This document shows positions 25,496-30,924 of a stretch of 30,924 bases of DNA, piece after piece. Under the pieces are notes generated by a model, which saw only the letters and a program-made list of their open reading frames with translations, was not told the origin of the DNA and made no database searches. Each line of letters starts with the position of its first letter. Position 1 is the stretch's first letter. Source of the DNA: Tubiluchus corallicola (lineage: Eukaryota; Animalia; Priapulida); assembly GCA_030141605.1 (NCBI GenBank), contig JAQGDQ010001105.1, positions 31,440 to 62,363 on the forward strand, read 5' to 3'. The translations under genes and the position numbers were made by a program.

Positions 25496-26112
25496 TCTCT
25501 CTGCTATTATTCACTGATTGGACGGATTATAGCTGATGACGATGTAATAACGCATAGATTTTATGATTAGGTTACTGCTATTTCACATCCCTATCATTCT
25601 GAGGATTCATTTTAAAGCAGTGATTGCATGCATGACAATGGTGATTGCTGTGACCTTCTAAAGTTCTTCACCAAGGTCACGTGTTCGTTGCTTCCTAGCC
25701 AAACTTGATTATGACCAAAGTAAGCTTCAATGCCTCTACACCAGTCTTACGATGCCCTTGGTAATTTGAGATTTTATGTACAAAGGGAATTTTTATTATG
25801 TTAGTAACCGACCACTGCAGTTGCTTTCAAAACCAGGCTGGATGTAATTGACAAAGAAAGATGAACTAGATCGTACCTGCCGGTATTCACCTACCGCACA
25901 TCGCTGTCATTTAATTAAGACATCTTTAGACTAGCAGATGATTAAAGATAATTCATTAAATTGAAAGACTAAACCACACATTGCTCACCTCTTTTGCTTG
26001 CAAATTGTGATAGAACTTACCGAAATTCAATAGGTACAAATAACTTATCAATACTTTACTAATACGGTATTTTGCTACAAAATTTATAGTTTCCTATATT
26101 AAACAGGTAAGA

Positions 26113-26850
26113 AAATCTTATTAAAAAGCAATACGGTATTTTACTATTTACACTTTCCAAGACTCAATGGGTGCGAATATCTTATTAGTGAAGGCAATTT
26201 ATATTTGGCCTTTACCTATACGGTATTTTACTATTTATACTTTCCAAGATTCAATGGGTGCGAATATCTTATTAGTGAAGGCAATTTATATTTGGCCTTT
26301 ACCTATACGGTATTTTACTATTTATACTTTCCAAGATTCAATGGGTGCGAATATCTTATTAGTGAAGGCAATTTATATTTGGCCTTTACCTATACGGTAT
26401 TTTACTATTTATACTTTCCAAGATTCAATGGGTGTGAATATCTTATTAGTGAAGGCAATTTATATTTGGCCTTTACCTATACCGTATTTTACTATTTATA
26501 CTTTCCAAGATTCAATGGGTGCGAATATCTTATTAGTGAAGGCAATTTATATTTGGCCTTTACCAATACCGTATTTTACTATTTATACTTTCCAAGATTC
26601 AATGGGTGTGAATATCTTATTAGTGAAGGCAATTTATATTTGGCCTTTACCTATACCGTATTTTACTATTTATACTTTCCAAGATTCAATGGGTGCGAAT
26701 ATCTTATTAGTGAAGGCAATTTATATTTGGCCTTTACCAATACCGTATTTTACTATTTATACTTTCCAAGATTCAATGGGTGTGAATATCTTATTAGTAA
26801 AGGCAATTTATACTATGGCTTTACCTATACGGTATTTTACTATTTATACT
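26113..26850. repeat. 87-bp minisatellite, about 8 copies
   Basis: Unit starts ATGGGTG(C/T)GAATATCTTATTAGTGAAGGC with period 87; degenerate partial units upstream (26051-26166). Confidence 0.97.
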
Positions 26851-26907
26851 AAACATTGTTGGACAAAAAACTGTATATTTTTCTAACAATGATTGTACAT
26901 CAATTCA

Positions 26908-26992
26908 GATTTAGATTTAGATTTAATATTTTATTTCAAACTTCACAAAGTTCATATACACATCACAAATTAATACAAATAATACAATAAAT
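26908..26992 (-). mobile_element. Family T copy 3 with (TAAATC)3 tail
   Basis: GATTTAGATTTAGATTTAATATTTTATTTCAAACTTC...; homologous to copies at 15441 and 16537. Confidence 0.7.
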
Positions 26993-28162
26993 CAATGTAC
27001 AAGTTGTTCCAAAAGTCTGATCATCTTACAGCTGTTAAAACATGCGTACGTCCATTAATCAACAGATGATTGCTGCTGTAAATGCAATTTGACCAGAATT
27101 TTTTCACCCTCGAGTCAATTTACTGAAATTTATGGAAGTTCGTCCTCAAAATGCGAGACCGTACTTGACTTTGTAAGGTCACCCCGGGCAGCAGGAGAGA
27201 TGGATGAAGTTTCAAGGGGACTTTCGCTTCCCCGCTGATTCATGGTTTGTTCGGATAAGTGGTGGCTTCATATGGAGTGGTGGCTTCTTATGTAGTTTGA
27301 ATTTAAATAACTGCTCAGGTACACCCGAGGCTGAACACGTTCAAACTTGTAAGTTGAATGTACGAAGCTGATTTATGTAGCGTTTCTGAATCGCTCGGAT
27401 GGCAAACAACAAAGCAGCTCTCACACGATTTATTGCTGCAGAGATTCGGTTTGGCGAGTTAAGCTTGCAGATTTATTCAGCTAGCATTTCGCCAGTTGTG
27501 CAGATTGCCAAAGCTATATACTTCGCCAGTTGTACATTTCACCAGTGATCCATAACGCTTTTAACATATAATTATAGTAATTAAATATAGTAATTAAACT
27601 TTGTGAGAAAAATGGTAAACTCTTGCACATTGAGAATTCCAAAGCTATGCTACTATGTAAATAACAGTCATTTAAAGATTATGTTTTAAGATACCTATTA
27701 TAGCTCCTTACAACAGTGTATAATGTAATATAATTACAAGGAACTACAATGTGTGGTTATTATAAAGTTGAATGTTTGTAGATATCTTAATTTACGAATA
27801 TCGCATTACCTGTTTTACCTGTATATTTTTATACGAAATAAACTCATAATAATAATAATAATAATTCGGCAGGGTGCTCTTCGCCAGTTTTTAATTTTGT
27901 CAGAGCACACTTCGTCACCTGTAAACATTGTCAGTGCACATTTTGCCAGCAACAACAACAACGACGGCAACAGCAGCAACAACATCAGCAGCAGCAACAG
28001 CAACAGCAAGTGCACATACTTATATACATTTTACAGTACTTCAAAAGGGGTAAGACATGAAAAAACATCCGGTTTTGCTTTAATTACCGAGCCAAGAATG
28101 TTTGCCATTATCAGTTGTCACATATGTTGTTGTTTCTTTTATATTCAGCAGAGCTCTAAGTA

Positions 28163-29664
28163 CCCTAGTCTGTATGCTTGAACACGCCAGCAATCGGACT
28201 TCTCATCAATGGATCCGCCCTAGTCTGTATGCTTGAACACGCCAGCAATCGGACTTCTCATCAATGGATCCGCCCTAGTCTGTATGCTTGAACACGCCAG
28301 CAATCGGACTTCTCATCAATGGATCCGCCCTAGTCTGTATGCTTGAACACGCCAGCAATCGGACTTCTCGTGAATGGATCCGCCCTAGTCTGTATGCTTG
28401 AACACGCCAGCAATCGGACTTCTCGTGAATGGATCCGCCCTAGTCTGTATGCTTGAACACGCCAGCAATCGGACTTCTCATGAATGGATCCGCCCTAGTC
28501 TGTATGCTTGAACACGCCAGCAATCGGACTTCTCACGAATGGATCCGCCCTAGTCTTCATGCTTGAACACGCCAGCAATCGGACTTCTCATTATTGGATC
28601 CGCCCTAGTCTGTATGCTTGAACACGCCAGCAATCGGACTTCTCACTAATGGATCCGCCCGCGCTAGTCTGTATGCTTGAACACGCCAGCAATTGGACTT
28701 CTCACGAATGGATCCCCCCTAGTCTGTGTGCTTGAACACGCCAGCAATCGGACTTCTCATGAATGGATCCGCCCTAGTCTGTATGCATGAACACGCCAGC
28801 AATTGGACTTCTCACGAATGGATCCGCCCTAGTCTGTGTGCTTGAACACGCCAGCAATCGGACTTCTCATGAATGGATCCGCCCTAGTCTGTGTGCTTGA
28901 ACACGCCAGCAATCGGACTTCTCACGAATGGATCCGCCCTAGTCCGTATGCTTGAACACGCCAGCAATTGGACTTCTCACGAATGAATCCGCCCTAGTCT
29001 GTGTGCTTCAACACGCCAGCAATCGGACTTCTCACTAATGGATCCGCCCTAGTCTGTATGCTTGAACACGCCAGCAATCGGACTTCTCATGAATGGATCC
29101 GCCCTAGTCAGTGTGCTTGAACACGCCAGCAATCGGACTTCTCACTAATGGATCCGCCCTAGTCTGTATGCTTGAACACGCCAGCAATCGGACTTCTCAT
29201 GAATGGATCCGCCCTAGTCTGTGTGCTTGAACACGCCAGCAATCGGACTTCTCATGAATGGATCCGCCCTAGTCTGTACGCTTGAACACGCCAGCAATTG
29301 GACTTCTCACGAATGGATCCGCCCTAGTCAGTGTGCTTGAACACGCCAGCAATCGGACTTCTCACTAATGGATCCGCCCTAGTCTGTATGCTTGAACACG
29401 CCAGCAATCGGACTTCTCATGAATGGATCCGCCCTAGTCAGTGTGCTTGAACACGCCAGCAATCGGACTTCTCACTAATGGATCCGCCCTAGTCTGTATG
29501 CTTGAACACGCCAGCAATCGGACTTCTCACTAATGGATCCGCCCTAATCTGTGTGCTTGAACACGCCAGCAATCGGACTTCTCGAGAATGGATCAGCCCT
29601 AGTCTGCATGCTTGAACACGCCAGCAATCGGACTTCTCACGAATGGATCCGCCCGCGCTAGTCT
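28163..29664. repeat. 55-bp minisatellite, about 27 copies
   Basis: Unit CCCTAGTCTGTATGCTTGAACACGCCAGCAATCGGACTTCTCATGAATGGATCCG; period 55 (28163 to 28218). Confidence 0.97.
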
Positions 29665-29718
29665 AAATTTGTTTATGTGCTTAATAAACTGAACTAGAAC
29701 GAAGTAAAAATTTCTTAC

Positions 29719-29879
29719 CTCCGACCTTTTTGCATTATCTATAAGTTTTGCCTTAATAAAAACTTCATTCGCTGAGTGTCTACTGCATTTTACTGCCAGT
29801 ACTTGCTGGCTTCTTAGAAAACAATTGGAAAACTCCCAGTCACTCTGCTTACAACTTTGACAGATCTTTGCTTGGAAAA
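29719..29879 (-). other. Candidate 161-bp internal exon of an unknown minus-strand gene
   Basis: Minus strand TTTGGTTTATAG|...GAG|GTAAG; one frame open throughout (FQAKICQSCKQSDWEFSNCFLRSQQVLAVKCSRHSANEVFIKAKLIDNAKRSE); no recognised domain. Confidence 0.25.
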
Positions 29880-29895
29880 CTATAAACCAAACTAT

Positions 29896-30361
29896 TTAAC
29901 CCTTTCAGTCCCAAATTATTTTTTTAATAAGAAAAAATTTTTTGGCTCGGTACTTTTGTTCAGTATGCTCATCTTGTTTACACATAATAATTATTTTTTT
30001 CTACCTGTGCCCACGTGCTAAATATAGCCTGTATCCTACGGGATACATTGGGATTCAATGGAAGCATAAAATGTGCTTCATTTTGCAACTGCTGATAATT
30101 TTTTAAAGTATTTAAGACATTTAGTATGCACGCTATGCTGATCTGTACAAAGTCGTCTCGAAAGTATTGTACCTTGTGCAGTTTTTTATGCTACGTAGAT
30201 TTTCTAGTTTGCCATTTTATCACCATTTTAGTCTATTGTTATTGGCTGATATCAAAATAACTATTAACAGATCAAATAACCGTCAGTTTTAAAATTTTAT
30301 TAATTTTAAAAGCAGAAAATATTCTAGTATCCTACGGGATACAACGGGTATGAAAGGGTAA
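29896..30361. mobile_element. 459-bp piggyBac-like MITE (element 29900-30358)
   Basis: TTAA|CCCTTTCAGTCCC ... GGGTATGAAAGGG|TAA; 11/13 TIR match; CCC...GGG ends and a TTAA target (right TSD lacks one T). Confidence 0.75.
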
Positions 30362-30924
30362 GAAGAAATGTACAAGTAACATAATTCAGTAAGTTGTTTT
30401 CGTTGTAATGCTGTGCTATAATTACAATTTTAGCCCTCCCACCCCTTTTATAACGTATTTTAGTGGGTGTTGTAAATCTTTCGTGAGCGTACAGTAATTT
30501 TGTTTATGGACCGCTGCTCTAAACGAAATATTTCTTACTCAATTCATTCAAGATTCCGCGTTTACTGTCTGTTAGCTAAGAGAGATTTTTCTGAATTGTG
30601 TATATATTTTTACAGAATTAAGATCTAGGATGAGCGCTTAGTAACCCTCTTTACAGCTGAATAGGTTCATTAATGCAATCTACTCTCTCCTGTGGTTAAA
30701 CTTTTAGACGTTTAGTTCTTTTTTGTTCTTTTTTCTTTTCCCTCCTTTCCTGGATTCCTTCTTCGGACCTTTTTCATTCTGGTTACCACATTTCCATTCT
30801 ATTTTATTCTATTCTAGTTTATTTCCTTTCTTGTACTTGCTGCTGCTTTTTTATGTGATCATAGAAATAAAGTATTTGTGTTAGTTTACTTGTAGACTTA
30901 ATGGACATCAAATCCTCAGTAAGA

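Noticed and set aside
26167-26886. 239-aa and 215-aa overlapping ORFs
   Set aside because: An 87-bp unit that happens to lack stops in two frames; no domain or splice evidence.
28163-29664. CRISPR-like appearance of the 55-bp array (and of the other arrays)
   Set aside because: No unique spacers, only few-nucleotide variants; no cas genes; eukaryotic context.
30539-30850. Lys-rich minus-strand reading ending at a GTAAG donor
   Set aside because: Multiple stops at about random frequency; low complexity.

Overview
AT-rich, repeat-dense eukaryotic (very likely invertebrate metazoan) genomic DNA; nothing prokaryotic and no CRISPR array. The only clear host gene is an uninterrupted 423-aa ORF (5202-6473, +) with BTB/POZ + BACK domains and a C-terminus that looks like a MATH/TRAF fold rather than the PHR domain of BTBD1/2/3/6. 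The rest is transposon debris and tandem repeats: (i) four arms of a TTAA-flanked, AGG-terminated (Kolobok-like) DNA transposon family, two of which bracket the BTB gene with a perfect 25-bp TIR; (ii) a second TTAA-AGG terminus family, one end of which appears amplified into a 70-bp minisatellite; (iii) a 394-bp MITE with a 3-bp TSD plus a second copy, and a 459-bp piggyBac-like MITE; (iv) one 5'-truncated CR1/L2-group LINE with an open RT frame (16638-17711) and several LINE 3'-end relics, three of which share a covarying 3'UTR stem-loop; (v) minisatellites of 92, 70, 18/36, 43, 106, 81, 87 and 55 bp, several with higher-order duplications, plus long microsatellites. Most ORFs in the supplied track are repeat artefacts. 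All family assignments are by-eye motif recognition; no database search was run.
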